Below are positions 19,066 to 28,799 of a DNA stretch of 54,585 bases, piece after piece. Source of the DNA: a virus (taxonomy: Duplodnaviria > Caudoviricetes). Each line of letters begins with the position of its first letter. Position 1 is the stretch's first letter. The stretch spans positions 1-54,585 of IMG/VR virus record IMGVR_UViG_3300028384_000913; one strand, given 5' to 3'. The notes beneath the pieces are model-generated. The model did not search any database. It saw only the letters and a list, made by a program, of their open reading frames with translations, and was not told the DNA's origin. The position numbers and the translations under genes were made by a program.

Positions 19066-19095
19066 GAACCAACGTTCAACAAAAAGGAGAAACAG

Positions 19096-19755
19096 ATGGT
19101 CGCATGGGATAAAGCCAAGGGTAAACAAAATACTGGCTCTAATCAACGCAGAGAAATTGAAAGATTAACACTTGGTATCGGAGATACTAAGATTCGTCTA
19201 ATCGGTGACGTGATGCCACGTTACTGTTACTGGGTAGTAACAACTGAAGGAAAGAAGATGCCTGTAGAGTGTCTTCAATTTAGTCGTGAAACTGAAACAT
19301 TCGATAACTCAGCTCAAGACCCTTTCAAAGAAATCGATGAAGCTATCTATGCAGATAAGCCTCAGTTTTCTTACGTATGTAATGTAATTGATCGCTCTGA
19401 TGGTAAGATTAAGTTGTTCGATCTTCGTTCAACAATCTATTCTCAGATTGTAGATTATGCTACAAACCCTGATTACGGTAATCCAGCCAGCGATGATGCA
19501 GGCTATGACATTACCATTAAAAAAGAAAAGACAGGTCCACTTCCACAAAACGTGAAGTACTCCTGCCTTCCAGCCCGTAACAACTCACCTCTTACAGAAG
19601 AAGAAAAAGCGCTAGAACTCTTTGAACTTTCAAAGATCTATAAGCGTCAAACTTATGAAGAGCAAAAAGAGTGGTTACTGCAAAACACTTCATACTTCGC
19701 GGGTGATGTATCCGACGAATTCAAACCAGCCGAAGATGTGGATGACTTAGCATGA
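19096..19755 (+). CDS. T5 D11-like single-stranded DNA-binding protein
   Basis: RL.GDV.PRY.YW, P.ECL.F, G.DI...K.KTGP...NV.Y, acidic tail, strong AAGGAG RBS. Confidence 0.8.
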   Translation: MVAWDKAKGKQNTGSNQRREIERLTLGIGDTKIRLIGDVMPRYCYWVVTTEGKKMPVECLQFSRETETFDNSAQDPFKEIDEAIYADKPQFSYVCNVIDRSDGKIKLFDLRSTIYSQIVDYATNPDYGNPASDDAGYDITIKKEKTGPLPQNVKYSCLPARNNSPLTEEEKALELFELSKIYKRQTYEEQKEWLLQNTSYFAGDVSDEFKPAEDVDDLA

Positions 19756-20567
19756 AAAAGTCTCTAGCAGATATGGCTTCTGCTGAAAAGCCGAAGAAGA
19801 AAACCTTTGGCGCTTTCAAAGAAGTAGATGGGGGTCAAGCACAGATTGACCTTAACATGCTTAGAGAACATAATGTTTTCTTTGCTACTCCTTGTTATGG
19901 TGGACAAGTTACTGATCAATTCTTTTTGTCTATGTTCAGAATGTCTCAGACATTCATGCAACACGGCATCAACTTCAGAATTACTACATTACGTAACGAA
20001 TCTTTAGTAACAAGAGCTAGAAACATTCTTACAGCAATGTTCCTAGAGTCTGATTGTACACACTTGATGTTCATTGATGCTGATATCGAGTTTGACTCAG
20101 AAGCTATTCTTAGAGCTTTAGCGTATGATAAACCAATCATGGCTGCGGCATATCCTAAGAAAGCTTTACCTGTACAGTACGCTATTAACTTCAAGTTTAT
20201 AGATCAAGCTACAAAACAGGTGAGAGTTGAAAACGGTGCTGTAGAAGTTCTAGACGCCTCTACAGGGTTTTTCTTAATTAAACGTGAAGTTATTGAGAAA
20301 ATGACAGCAGCACATCCTGAGCTACACTATCGTAATGATTCAAATATAGATCCAAAGTTTAACAAGTATTGTTATGCTTTGTTTGATACTATTTTAGATC
20401 CCGATGATAATCGCTATCTATCAGAAGACTATACTTTCTGTCGTAGATGGCAAAAGCTCGGAGGAGAGATTTGGTTAGACCCTAACACAAAACTCAATCA
20501 TGTTGGTGCATACACCTTTGAAGGTGATGTATCTAAGATTATTGGCCGTGAAAATCCAGAGTCTTAA
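19752..20567 (+). CDS. GT-A fold glycosyltransferase-like protein
   Basis: ATPCYGG, SLVTRARN, FIDAD (DxD), YPKK, TGFFLI.R, SEDY.FC, L.H.G. Confidence 0.75.
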   Translation: MKKSLADMASAEKPKKKTFGAFKEVDGGQAQIDLNMLREHNVFFATPCYGGQVTDQFFLSMFRMSQTFMQHGINFRITTLRNESLVTRARNILTAMFLESDCTHLMFIDADIEFDSEAILRALAYDKPIMAAAYPKKALPVQYAINFKFIDQATKQVRVENGAVEVLDASTGFFLIKREVIEKMTAAHPELHYRNDSNIDPKFNKYCYALFDTILDPDDNRYLSEDYTFCRRWQKLGGEIWLDPNTKLNHVGAYTFEGDVSKIIGRENPES

Positions 20568-21468
20568 ATACGACAACCCTTCTTTTCAAGTTGAGGTTGA
20601 GTGGGATATAACACAAAGATGTAACTATTCTTGTTCATACTGTGCAAGTTATGATAACACTCAACCTTTTAACTTCAAAGAATTAGACGAGTACTTAGAT
20701 AGCTTTGAGTACTTGTCTAACTTCTTTGGTAACAAAACTATAAAGATTAATTTTTTAGGAGGCGAGCCTACACTCTTCAAGCAGTGGGTCAAATTAGTAA
20801 ACTGGTTATCTGAGCATAATTTTGTGATAAAACTAACAACAAATTTATCAGTACCAGTTATACAGTATATCAAAGTATTAAATGTAGGATTAGGGAACTT
20901 CATCAGTGCTAGTTATCACACTGAGTTTGCAGACTTAGATAAGTTTTATGAAAATGCAAATTACTTGCATCATGCAGGATTCTTGCATAGCATAACACTT
21001 CTACCTGACCCTAAGAACTGGGACTACTCGATGAAGTGTTATGAAAAACTTAGTAAGATAACGACAGTTAGTCTTAATAAGATAAAGAATGAATTTACAG
21101 ATTCTGTAGGCATCTCTGGAGATTTCATTGAATACTCGGACGAACAACTTAAAATGTTCAATCAAGTTCCAAGACGAGTTGATGAGAATATGAGTATTAT
21201 AGTTGATGGAGAAACTAAGCACCCGTCACTATATGAAATAAGAGAGAAATATAGTAATTTTAAAGGTATGAAGTGTGCAATAGGCAGAGATAGAATACAC
21301 ATCAAACCTAATGGTGACATCTATCCTAGTGCTTGTTTACTAAACTATCCTAGAGCTAAGATGGGAAATATCTTTAAGAAGAATATAATTAAACCTAAGA
21401 ATGCAGTGATCTGCCCATTCAATGAGTGTTTATGTGGACCTGATATTCGTATAGAAAAGTGGGCGTAG
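20548..21468 (+). CDS. Radical SAM protein with C-terminal Cys-rich (twitch-like) domain
   Basis: CNYSCSYC, GGEPT, TTN, SYH; C-terminal C..G......I..NG..Y...C...CP...C.C..D. GTG 20548 is the likely start. Confidence 0.9.
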   Translation: MKIQSLKYDNPSFQVEVEWDITQRCNYSCSYCASYDNTQPFNFKELDEYLDSFEYLSNFFGNKTIKINFLGGEPTLFKQWVKLVNWLSEHNFVIKLTTNLSVPVIQYIKVLNVGLGNFISASYHTEFADLDKFYENANYLHHAGFLHSITLLPDPKNWDYSMKCYEKLSKITTVSLNKIKNEFTDSVGISGDFIEYSDEQLKMFNQVPRRVDENMSIIVDGETKHPSLYEIREKYSNFKGMKCAIGRDRIHIKPNGDIYPSACLLNYPRAKMGNIFKKNIIKPKNAVICPFNECLCGPDIRIEKWA

Positions 21469-21630
21469 GTATGACGTGTATAAGAAACTGCGGAACTACG
21501 TTCCTAGCTGGGGCGCTACGCGCCCACGCAATGCAATATAAGGCAAGCCTTGTTCAACAGCTTTTCACCTGCGGTGTAGCGTTGTTCACTTGCTGTGCAA
21601 CTAAATTAGCATAAATAAAGAGAGATAGCA
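21469..21630. other. GC-rich non-coding region dense in short hairpins (candidate replication origin or structured element)
   Basis: GGAAC-TAC-GTTCC (21492-21504), GGGCGC-TAC-GCGCCC (21511-21525), AAGGC-AA-GCCTT (21540-21551), CACC-TGC-GGTG (21566-21576), TTGC-TGT-GCAA (21590-21600). Confidence 0.6.
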
Positions 21631-22587
21631 ATGACAAAAATTTTATGTTCAGCTGACTGGCATATCAATCTTCACAAAAAGAAGGTTCCATACGAATGGC
21701 AAGTGGGTAGATTCCGTGAAATGTTCCGTAAGCTCATCGCACTTGAACAGTCGTGTGATGTGCATGTGATAGCTGGTGACATCTTTGATACTAAACCGCA
21801 ACCAGATGAAATCTCTCTGTTTTTGAGCTATATCAATTCGGTCACAATACCCACACTCATCATCCCAGGCAATCATGAAGCTACTAGAAAAGGAGAATCT
21901 TTCTTTGAACATCTTACTGAGAAGAATGCTATCAAAAATGAGAACGTCACTGTATATTGCAAGAATGGACGCTGTGATGTGGCTGGCGTCGGTTTCCAAA
22001 TGTATCCGTATGGGGAAATGCAGATGGATAACCTACCCACGTATACTGAAGGCGATATTCTGGTTACGCATATTAGAGGAGAGGTTCCACCCCATATTAC
22101 GCCAGAGTATGACTTTGATAAGCTCAAACCGTGGAAACTCATTCTTTTGGGTGACTTGCATTTTAATCATCGTTATGGTGATACAAATGCTTATTATCCT
22201 GGCTCTCCTCTGAACACCACCTTTGACCGTGATGAGACAAGAGAGTATGGAGTTGATATCTATGACTTTATAGACGATCAGAACTATTCCCGCTCATTTT
22301 ATGATCTAAATCTGCCAAAGCTGATACGTCGTAAGATTGCTGTTGGTGAGAAGATGATAGACGACGCAAAGCATCATGTAGTGTATGAAGTAACAGGATC
22401 GCTAGATCAACTTGCAAAGATTGAGAACTCAGAGCTGTTAGATAAAAAGATGGTTGAGAAGCCTGTTGAAGATTCTACGCTAGATCTCAAAGGCAAGTCA
22501 ACCTACGAAGAACTTGAAATCTATCTAAATCATATCAAAGTTGCTGATGTTGAGAAGATACTAGATGAATATAGATCTCTCTCTTAA
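21631..22587 (+). CDS. SbcD/Mre11-like nuclease (T5 D12-like)
   Basis: ADWH, AGDIFD, PGNHE, TH, GDLH, YPGSP. Confidence 0.9.
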   Translation: MTKILCSADWHINLHKKKVPYEWQVGRFREMFRKLIALEQSCDVHVIAGDIFDTKPQPDEISLFLSYINSVTIPTLIIPGNHEATRKGESFFEHLTEKNAIKNENVTVYCKNGRCDVAGVGFQMYPYGEMQMDNLPTYTEGDILVTHIRGEVPPHITPEYDFDKLKPWKLILLGDLHFNHRYGDTNAYYPGSPLNTTFDRDETREYGVDIYDFIDDQNYSRSFYDLNLPKLIRRKIAVGEKMIDDAKHHVVYEVTGSLDQLAKIENSELLDKKMVEKPVEDSTLDLKGKSTYEELEIYLNHIKVADVEKILDEYRSLS

Positions 22588-23485
22588 TCGTGTTTACTGG
22601 GAGTATGTACAAAACAACTCTTGGCTTAGACCTGAATACTCATATCTATGTTCTTCTCTCATCCCGTCTATCGGAGTGAGAGCAACAGTACCCATCTATC
22701 GTAGGCGATCTAAAAGCTTCAAAAATGATTTATCACTCTTAGTCAAAGCATTTGTCGCAAAGTATGGCACAGACTATAATTTTGTGTTAGCGCTGTCTGG
22801 CGGTATAGACTCAGAAGTAACAGCTGAAACATTCTATGAACAAGGAGTGCCATTTCGTGCTGTTACACAGAGGCTGTTTAATGGCGAAAATGATCATGAC
22901 ATTATCTATGCCGCAAAGTATTGTAAAGACAGAAACATACCAATTAAAATAGTAAATCTGTCAGAAGAACAAATGCTGAAGAAAACAATACCAGACGCAG
23001 TAAAGCATGGACAGTTTACGCACTCTTATTCACAGATTGCTCTCTGCAATCTATTCAACTATGTAGATTCAAGGTGTGACATACTAATCTTCTCAGGTCA
23101 TAATCCAGATCTACACCCAGAGATAGGCATGGGTTGGTGGGAAGACTCTCCAAACATTGTAAAATATGCTAGAGCAAAAGATCATAAATTCTTTACCTTC
23201 ACTTCGTTAGAACCTATCTTTTGCCACTATGCGGCTAACTTTGACCAGACCCAGCCAGGTGACAAGAATAATGATTTTTTGTACGAAGCATTCCCACAAC
23301 TGACACGAAGAGTTAAAATGACAGGATGGGAAAAAGCTGATAATATAATAGGAAGATTAGAGGATAAAATTAGATCTTCAGCTGCCTATGATTATCAGTC
23401 TTTTATCACTTGGGAAGAATTGACAATGGCATATATGAGAAAGATATTTGTACAGAAAGGATTAGAAGGAAAATACTATGAGTAA
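22565..23485 (+). CDS. PP-loop ATP pyrophosphatase (adenine nucleotide alpha-hydrolase-like)
   Basis: VLALSGGIDSE PP-loop; C-terminal Y...FP....R.K.TGWE. Confidence 0.7.
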   Translation: MNIDLSLNRVYWEYVQNNSWLRPEYSYLCSSLIPSIGVRATVPIYRRRSKSFKNDLSLLVKAFVAKYGTDYNFVLALSGGIDSEVTAETFYEQGVPFRAVTQRLFNGENDHDIIYAAKYCKDRNIPIKIVNLSEEQMLKKTIPDAVKHGQFTHSYSQIALCNLFNYVDSRCDILIFSGHNPDLHPEIGMGWWEDSPNIVKYARAKDHKFFTFTSLEPIFCHYAANFDQTQPGDKNNDFLYEAFPQLTRRVKMTGWEKADNIIGRLEDKIRSSAAYDYQSFITWEELTMAYMRKIFVQKGLEGKYYE

Positions 23486-25304
23486 CATCACCCTAAAAAA
23501 GCTGAAGTTTTCTAATATGTTTTCATACGGCAAAACAAATGAAATCAGTTTAGACGGCAATAAGATAACACAGTTGACAGCCCCGAACGGTAGCGGTAAG
23601 TCATCAATTGCTATGATCATTCAAGAGATACTATTTAACAAGAATGTAAAAGGCATCAAAAAGACTGACATTCTTAACCGTTGGTCAAAAGAAAAGAACT
23701 GGTCAGGTAGTCTAACATTTAGCGTATTTCCACATGAGTATGAGGTCTCAGTAACTCGTTCAGGCGCACAAACAAAAGTAAAGCTGTTAGAGAACGGTGT
23801 TGATATATCAGACCACAAAGTGTTAGATACCTACAAAAAGATACAAGAGATAGTAGGCTTAGACTTTGAAGTGTTTTCTCAGCTCACATACCAGTCTTCT
23901 ACAGACCTATTAGAGTTCTTAAAAGCAACAGACTCAAACCGCAAGAAGTTTCTAATCAATCTTTTCAACCTAGAAAAGTATATCGAAATCGGTGATAAAG
24001 TAAAAGCAAAAGCTACACAGGTTGATAGAGAAACTGTTAAGCTGATGGGCGAACTAAAATCAATTGAAGATTTTCTAAAAGCTACAACTATACCAGAACA
24101 TCAAGAAGTTATGATAATGCCTACTGTAGACGAAACTCTACAGCAGCAGATTGGTGTCTTACAACAAGAAGTTGAAAACTACAACGAAACTTGTATGAAG
24201 ATAGACAAAAACAATATGTACCTATCAGAAAGAGATGCGTTAGTGTTCGAGGCAGGGTTGACAGAACCAGCTGAGTTTGAGTATTGGGACGAGTATCAAA
24301 CTTTAAAGCAAGATCTAGTTATGTTGAAGCGTGATATGGAACAACTAGAAAAAGATATAAGAAACGTCAACCTAAACGATACATGTTCAGCTTGTGGACA
24401 GACTATCGATATAACTCATCTTGAGCAGATCAAAACTCAGCAGGAAGAAAAGCTTGAACAAAAGACTTCAGTACATAAAGAAGGATTAGTAAAAGCTACT
24501 AAGTGGTCGAATGAGATAAAAGAAATTGATGCGGAAAAGAAAAAATACTCAGAAAACAAAAGAAACATTGAACGCTTTGAAACTTTATCTCAACTGATTG
24601 ATAATAATATTCCAAAAGAATACCCAGATATCGGTAATCTAAAAGAAAAGATCCAAACTCTACGCAGTAAATATAATGAACAAACGCAACTTACGAATGA
24701 CGCAGTAGAGCATAATCGTGGCGTATCAGCACATAACGCTAAGGTTGATGCACTTTTAGAACAAAAAGAAGAATTTTCTATTAGACAATCTGCTGTGAAA
24801 AGTGATAGTATTTCTAAACATGATCAGTTAAATTCTTTAAATATTCTTAAAAAAGCATTTTCTACGTCAGGAATAGTTGCTTTTAAATTAGAGAATTTGA
24901 CGAAAGAATTAGAGGTTTCAATAAACCATTACTTATCTCTTTTAAGTGATGGGCAGTTTCAAGTAGAGTTCAAATTAGATAAAGAAAAGCTGAATATCTC
25001 AGTTATCAACAACGGTATAGCAACTCCTATTGAGACTGTTTCTGGTGGAGAGTTTTCCAGAATCCAAACGTCTATATTATTAGCAATTCGTAGCCTGCTT
25101 TCTAAATTAGGTGGGAGCAGTGTGAATCTTTTATTCCTTGACGAGATAACAGGTGTACTCGATGACGAAGGAAAAGAAAAATTAATAGAGGTGCTTCAAG
25201 AAGAAGAGAATCTTAATGTGTTTCTGATTTCTCACGACTTCACACATCCTCTGATAAATAAAATTTCTATCGTCAAAGACGATAACATTAGTTCAATTCA
25301 GTAA
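23478..25304 (+). CDS. SbcC/Rad50-like ATPase (T5 D13-like)
   Basis: NGSGKSS, coiled coil with CSACG hook, VSGGE, FLDE, ISH. Confidence 0.92.
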   Translation: MSNITLKKLKFSNMFSYGKTNEISLDGNKITQLTAPNGSGKSSIAMIIQEILFNKNVKGIKKTDILNRWSKEKNWSGSLTFSVFPHEYEVSVTRSGAQTKVKLLENGVDISDHKVLDTYKKIQEIVGLDFEVFSQLTYQSSTDLLEFLKATDSNRKKFLINLFNLEKYIEIGDKVKAKATQVDRETVKLMGELKSIEDFLKATTIPEHQEVMIMPTVDETLQQQIGVLQQEVENYNETCMKIDKNNMYLSERDALVFEAGLTEPAEFEYWDEYQTLKQDLVMLKRDMEQLEKDIRNVNLNDTCSACGQTIDITHLEQIKTQQEEKLEQKTSVHKEGLVKATKWSNEIKEIDAEKKKYSENKRNIERFETLSQLIDNNIPKEYPDIGNLKEKIQTLRSKYNEQTQLTNDAVEHNRGVSAHNAKVDALLEQKEEFSIRQSAVKSDSISKHDQLNSLNILKKAFSTSGIVAFKLENLTKELEVSINHYLSLLSDGQFQVEFKLDKEKLNISVINNGIATPIETVSGGEFSRIQTSILLAIRSLLSKLGGSSVNLLFLDEITGVLDDEGKEKLIEVLQEEENLNVFLISHDFTHPLINKISIVKDDNISSIQ

Positions 25305-25313
25305 GGAAAAATT

Positions 25314-27614
25314 ATGACACAAGTAGTTAAACGCGACGGCACTCGCGAAGAATTAAATATTGAAAAGTTACACAAAGTAGTTTTCTATGCATGTGAAAAT
25401 ATTAACGGTGTTAGTCCAAGTGAAGTAGAGATTAAAAGTCAGATTCAATTCTTTGACGGTATTCAAACTTCAGATGTTCAAGAAACACTCATTAAATCAG
25501 CTGCTGACCTTATTAGTGAAGAAACTCCAAACTATCAGTGGGTAGCAGGTAGGCTTATCAACTATCATTTACGTAAAATGGTTTATGGCCAATTTGAGCC
25601 TATGTCTCTACTTGACCTTATTAAGAAAAATGTTGATCTAGGTTTTTATGACGCACAAATATTAGATACTTATAGCAGAGCAGAATTTAATAAGCTGAAT
25701 AAGTATATTAAGCATGATAGAGATGATACCCTTACCTACGCTGCTATGGAGCAGTTCAGAGGTAAATATTTAGTTCAGAATCGTGTAACTAGAGAAATTT
25801 TTGAAACTCCGCAAATGGCTTATATGCTGATTGCGATGACACTTTTTCAGTCTTATCCAGCAGAAACAAGATTGAAGTGGGTGAAAGATTACTATGACGC
25901 AATCTCTACTTTTGATATCAGTCTGCCTACTCCTGTTATGGCGGGGGTACGAACTCCACAAAGACAGTTTAGCTCATGCGTACTCATTGAAACGGACGAC
26001 TCGCTTGATAGCATTAATGCTACTACTAGCAGTATTGTTAAGTATGTTTCTCAAAAAGCAGGTATTGGGATCGGAGCAGGTAGAATTAGAGCACTTGGTA
26101 GCCCCATCCGAAGTGGTGACGCCTATCATACCGGAGTCATACCTTTCTACAAGATGTTCCAGTCAGCTACTAGAAGCTGTAGTCAAGGCGGCGTGCGAAA
26201 CGGAGCCGCTACACTGTATTATCCTATCTGGCACCTTGAAGTCGAGGACCTGCTCGTGCTTAAAAACAATAAAGGAACCGAGGATAACAGAGTCAGACAC
26301 ATGGATTACGGTGTGCAGTTCAACAAACTAATGTATGAACGTTTATTAACAGGAGGTGATATTACACTGTTTTCACCAAGTGACGTTCCAGGATTGTATG
26401 AAGCCTTTTTTGAGGATCAAGATCAATTCAAATATCTGTATGAAAAAGCAGAAGTACATCCGAACATTCGCAAAAAAACTATTCCAGCAATTGAGCTGTT
26501 CAGTATGTTTATGGAAGAACGTAAAAATACAGGACGCATTTATCTGATGAATGTAGATCACGCTAATACTCACTCTTCTTTTAACGAAAAAGAAGCTCCT
26601 GTAAGACAGTCAAACCTGTGTTGTGAAATCAATCTTCCTACTAAACCGCTAAACGACTTTAACGATGAGGAAGGTGAGATAGCACTTTGTACGCTCAGTG
26701 CTATTAATTGGGGTAAAATTACTAATCCAGAAGATTTTGAAAAGCCATGTGAGCTTGCGGTACGTGGTCTAGATGCCTTGTTAGACTATCAAAATTACCC
26801 AGTTAAAGCAGCTGAAATAGCTACAAGGCATAGACGTCCCTTGGGTATTGGAATTATTAACTTAGCGTACTGGTTAGCAAAGAATGGTACAACATATGAA
26901 AATCCAGATCTAGAATTACTCGATGAATACGCCGAGTCATGGTCTTACTATTTAATCAAAGCAAGCTGTGACCTGGCAAAGGAAAAAGGTGCTCCAAGCG
27001 GTTCTGCCGAGACTAAGTACCAACAAGGCATTGTACCTATTGATACTCGTAAAGAAGACGTAGATGAGCTTGTTACTTATACAGAACGTTTAGACTGGGA
27101 AGGTTTACGTGAAGATCTAAGAAATAACGGTATACGTAATTCTACTGTAATGGCTCTGATGCCTTCTGAAACTTCTGCTCAGATAGCGAACGCAACAAAC
27201 GGAATTGAGCCGCCACGTTCTTTTGTCTCTGTAAAGCAGTCTAAAGACGGAGTTTTGAAGCAAGTAGTTCCTGGTATTCATAAGCTAAGAACTAAATATA
27301 ATCTATTATGGGATCAAAAGTCTCCCGAAGGTTATTTGAAAATTTGTGCTATTTTACAAAAATATATTGATCAAGGTATTAGTGTAAACACTAGTTACAA
27401 CCCACAATACTTTGAAGACGAAAAAATACCGATGAGTACTATGATCCAGCACTTGTTAATGTTCTATAAGTACGGCGGTAAACAGTTGTACTACTTTAAT
27501 ACCTTTGATGGTCAGGGCGAGATTGACTTATCAAAATTAGATGATGAAAAAACAAGAGACGATTTTGACACACAGGAAGAGTATGACGACTACTGTGAAA
27601 GCTGTGTGCTATAA
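25314..27614 (+). CDS. nrdA: Class Ia ribonucleotide reductase alpha subunit
   Basis: ATP cone (VVKRDG), QFSSC, SQGGVRNG, SNLCCEI, KQLYY, C-terminal CESC. Confidence 0.97.
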   Translation: MTQVVKRDGTREELNIEKLHKVVFYACENINGVSPSEVEIKSQIQFFDGIQTSDVQETLIKSAADLISEETPNYQWVAGRLINYHLRKMVYGQFEPMSLLDLIKKNVDLGFYDAQILDTYSRAEFNKLNKYIKHDRDDTLTYAAMEQFRGKYLVQNRVTREIFETPQMAYMLIAMTLFQSYPAETRLKWVKDYYDAISTFDISLPTPVMAGVRTPQRQFSSCVLIETDDSLDSINATTSSIVKYVSQKAGIGIGAGRIRALGSPIRSGDAYHTGVIPFYKMFQSATRSCSQGGVRNGAATLYYPIWHLEVEDLLVLKNNKGTEDNRVRHMDYGVQFNKLMYERLLTGGDITLFSPSDVPGLYEAFFEDQDQFKYLYEKAEVHPNIRKKTIPAIELFSMFMEERKNTGRIYLMNVDHANTHSSFNEKEAPVRQSNLCCEINLPTKPLNDFNDEEGEIALCTLSAINWGKITNPEDFEKPCELAVRGLDALLDYQNYPVKAAEIATRHRRPLGIGIINLAYWLAKNGTTYENPDLELLDEYAESWSYYLIKASCDLAKEKGAPSGSAETKYQQGIVPIDTRKEDVDELVTYTERLDWEGLREDLRNNGIRNSTVMALMPSETSAQIANATNGIEPPRSFVSVKQSKDGVLKQVVPGIHKLRTKYNLLWDQKSPEGYLKICAILQKYIDQGISVNTSYNPQYFEDEKIPMSTMIQHLLMFYKYGGKQLYYFNTFDGQGEIDLSKLDDEKTRDDFDTQEEYDDYCESCVL

Positions 27615-27623
27615 GGAAAGAAA

Positions 27624-28799
27624 ATGACAGTATTAAACAAAACCTCAACAGATCATACCCAAGCTAAAATGTTTTTTGACGAGCCACTTGGTATGCAAAG
27701 ATTCGATACGCTAAAATATAGAGCTTTCGATAAATTAACAGATAAACAACTTGGCTTCTTCTGGAGACCAGAGGAAGTAGATATCTTGCGCGATGCAAGT
27801 GATTTCAAAAATCTAACTGAACATGAACAGCACATCTTTACATCAAACCTAAAAAGACAGATCGTGTTGGACTCTGTACAAGGACGTGCGCCTGCTGAGT
27901 CATTTGGTTCTATTGTCGGGCTTCCAGAATTAGAAAACTGGATTATCACATGGACATTTAGTGAAACAATTCACTCACGTTCGTATACGCATATTATTCG
28001 TAATATCTACCCTAATCCTTCTAAGGTGTTTGATGAAATGATGGATATCAGTGAGATTGTTGATTGTGCTGATTCTATCTCTAAGCACTATGATGAGTTA
28101 ATTGAGAAAACTAAATACTATCAACTACTAGGTGAAGGTAAGCATATGATCTCTACCACAGGAGAAACAACCTATGTAGACGGTAAGCCTGAAATGGTAC
28201 AACACAGTACAGAAACAGTTAATATAGATCTATATGAACTCAAGAAGCTATTATATCTATGTATTGCTAGTGTGAATATTCTTGAAGGTGTTCGTTTCTA
28301 CGTATCATTCGCATGTTCGTGGGCTTTTGCTGAACTAAAAAAGATGGAAGGTAACGCTAAGATTATTAAGTTGATTGCTCGTGACGAGAATGTACATCTT
28401 GGCTCTACGCAGCAAATATTGAAACTGTTACCACAAGATGATCCAGATTTTGTGAAGATTGCAAAAGAGTGTGAACAAGACGTAATTCAAATGTTTGTAG
28501 AAGCAGTAGACCAAGAAAAGGCCTGGGCAGAATACTTATTCAAAGACGGTTCAATGATTGGCTTGAATGCCCAGCTCTTATCTGAATATATTGAGTGGAT
28601 TGCTAATAAACGTATGACAGCTATTGGTGTAGCTTCTCCATACAAAGTACCAAGAGCAAACCCACTTCCTTGGACTCAGCAGTGGATTAGTGGTGCGGAA
28701 GTACAAGTCGCACCTCAAGAAACAGAAATCTCTAGTTATGTAATTGGAGGAACAAAACAAGACGTATCTAAAGATACATTCAAAGGATTTAGTCTATGA
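27624..28799 (+). CDS. nrdB: Class Ia ribonucleotide reductase beta subunit
   Basis: FFWRPEE, LDSVQGR, ETIHSRSY, LEGVRFY.SF, RDENVH, VAPQETE. Confidence 0.97.
   Translation: MTVLNKTSTDHTQAKMFFDEPLGMQRFDTLKYRAFDKLTDKQLGFFWRPEEVDILRDASDFKNLTEHEQHIFTSNLKRQIVLDSVQGRAPAESFGSIVGLPELENWIITWTFSETIHSRSYTHIIRNIYPNPSKVFDEMMDISEIVDCADSISKHYDELIEKTKYYQLLGEGKHMISTTGETTYVDGKPEMVQHSTETVNIDLYELKKLLYLCIASVNILEGVRFYVSFACSWAFAELKKMEGNAKIIKLIARDENVHLGSTQQILKLLPQDDPDFVKIAKECEQDVIQMFVEAVDQEKAWAEYLFKDGSMIGLNAQLLSEYIEWIANKRMTAIGVASPYKVPRANPLPWTQQWISGAEVQVAPQETEISSYVIGGTKQDVSKDTFKGFSL

Noticed and set aside
21469-21630. tRNA, CRISPR mini-array or Rho-independent terminator
   Set aside because: No cloverleaf or TTCGA arm, no repeat-spacer periodicity, and no T-tract after the main stems.
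20548-23485. 7-deazaguanine (QueE/QueC/archaeosine) DNA modification pathway
   Set aside because: No FolE, QueD or DpdA in the window. The PP-loop protein lacks the QueC Cys motif, and the amidinotransferases are penteins, not ArcS or QueF-like.
24782-24811. Internal promoter in D13 (TAGACA-N18-TAGTAT) for nrdAB
   Set aside because: Imperfect match within AT-rich coding DNA; cannot be separated from chance without TSS data.
14056-28799. Inteins, group I introns or homing endonucleases in polA, D10 and nrdAB
   Set aside because: The genes are uninterrupted and of normal length, with no splice-junction or HNH/LAGLIDADG/GIY-YIG motifs.
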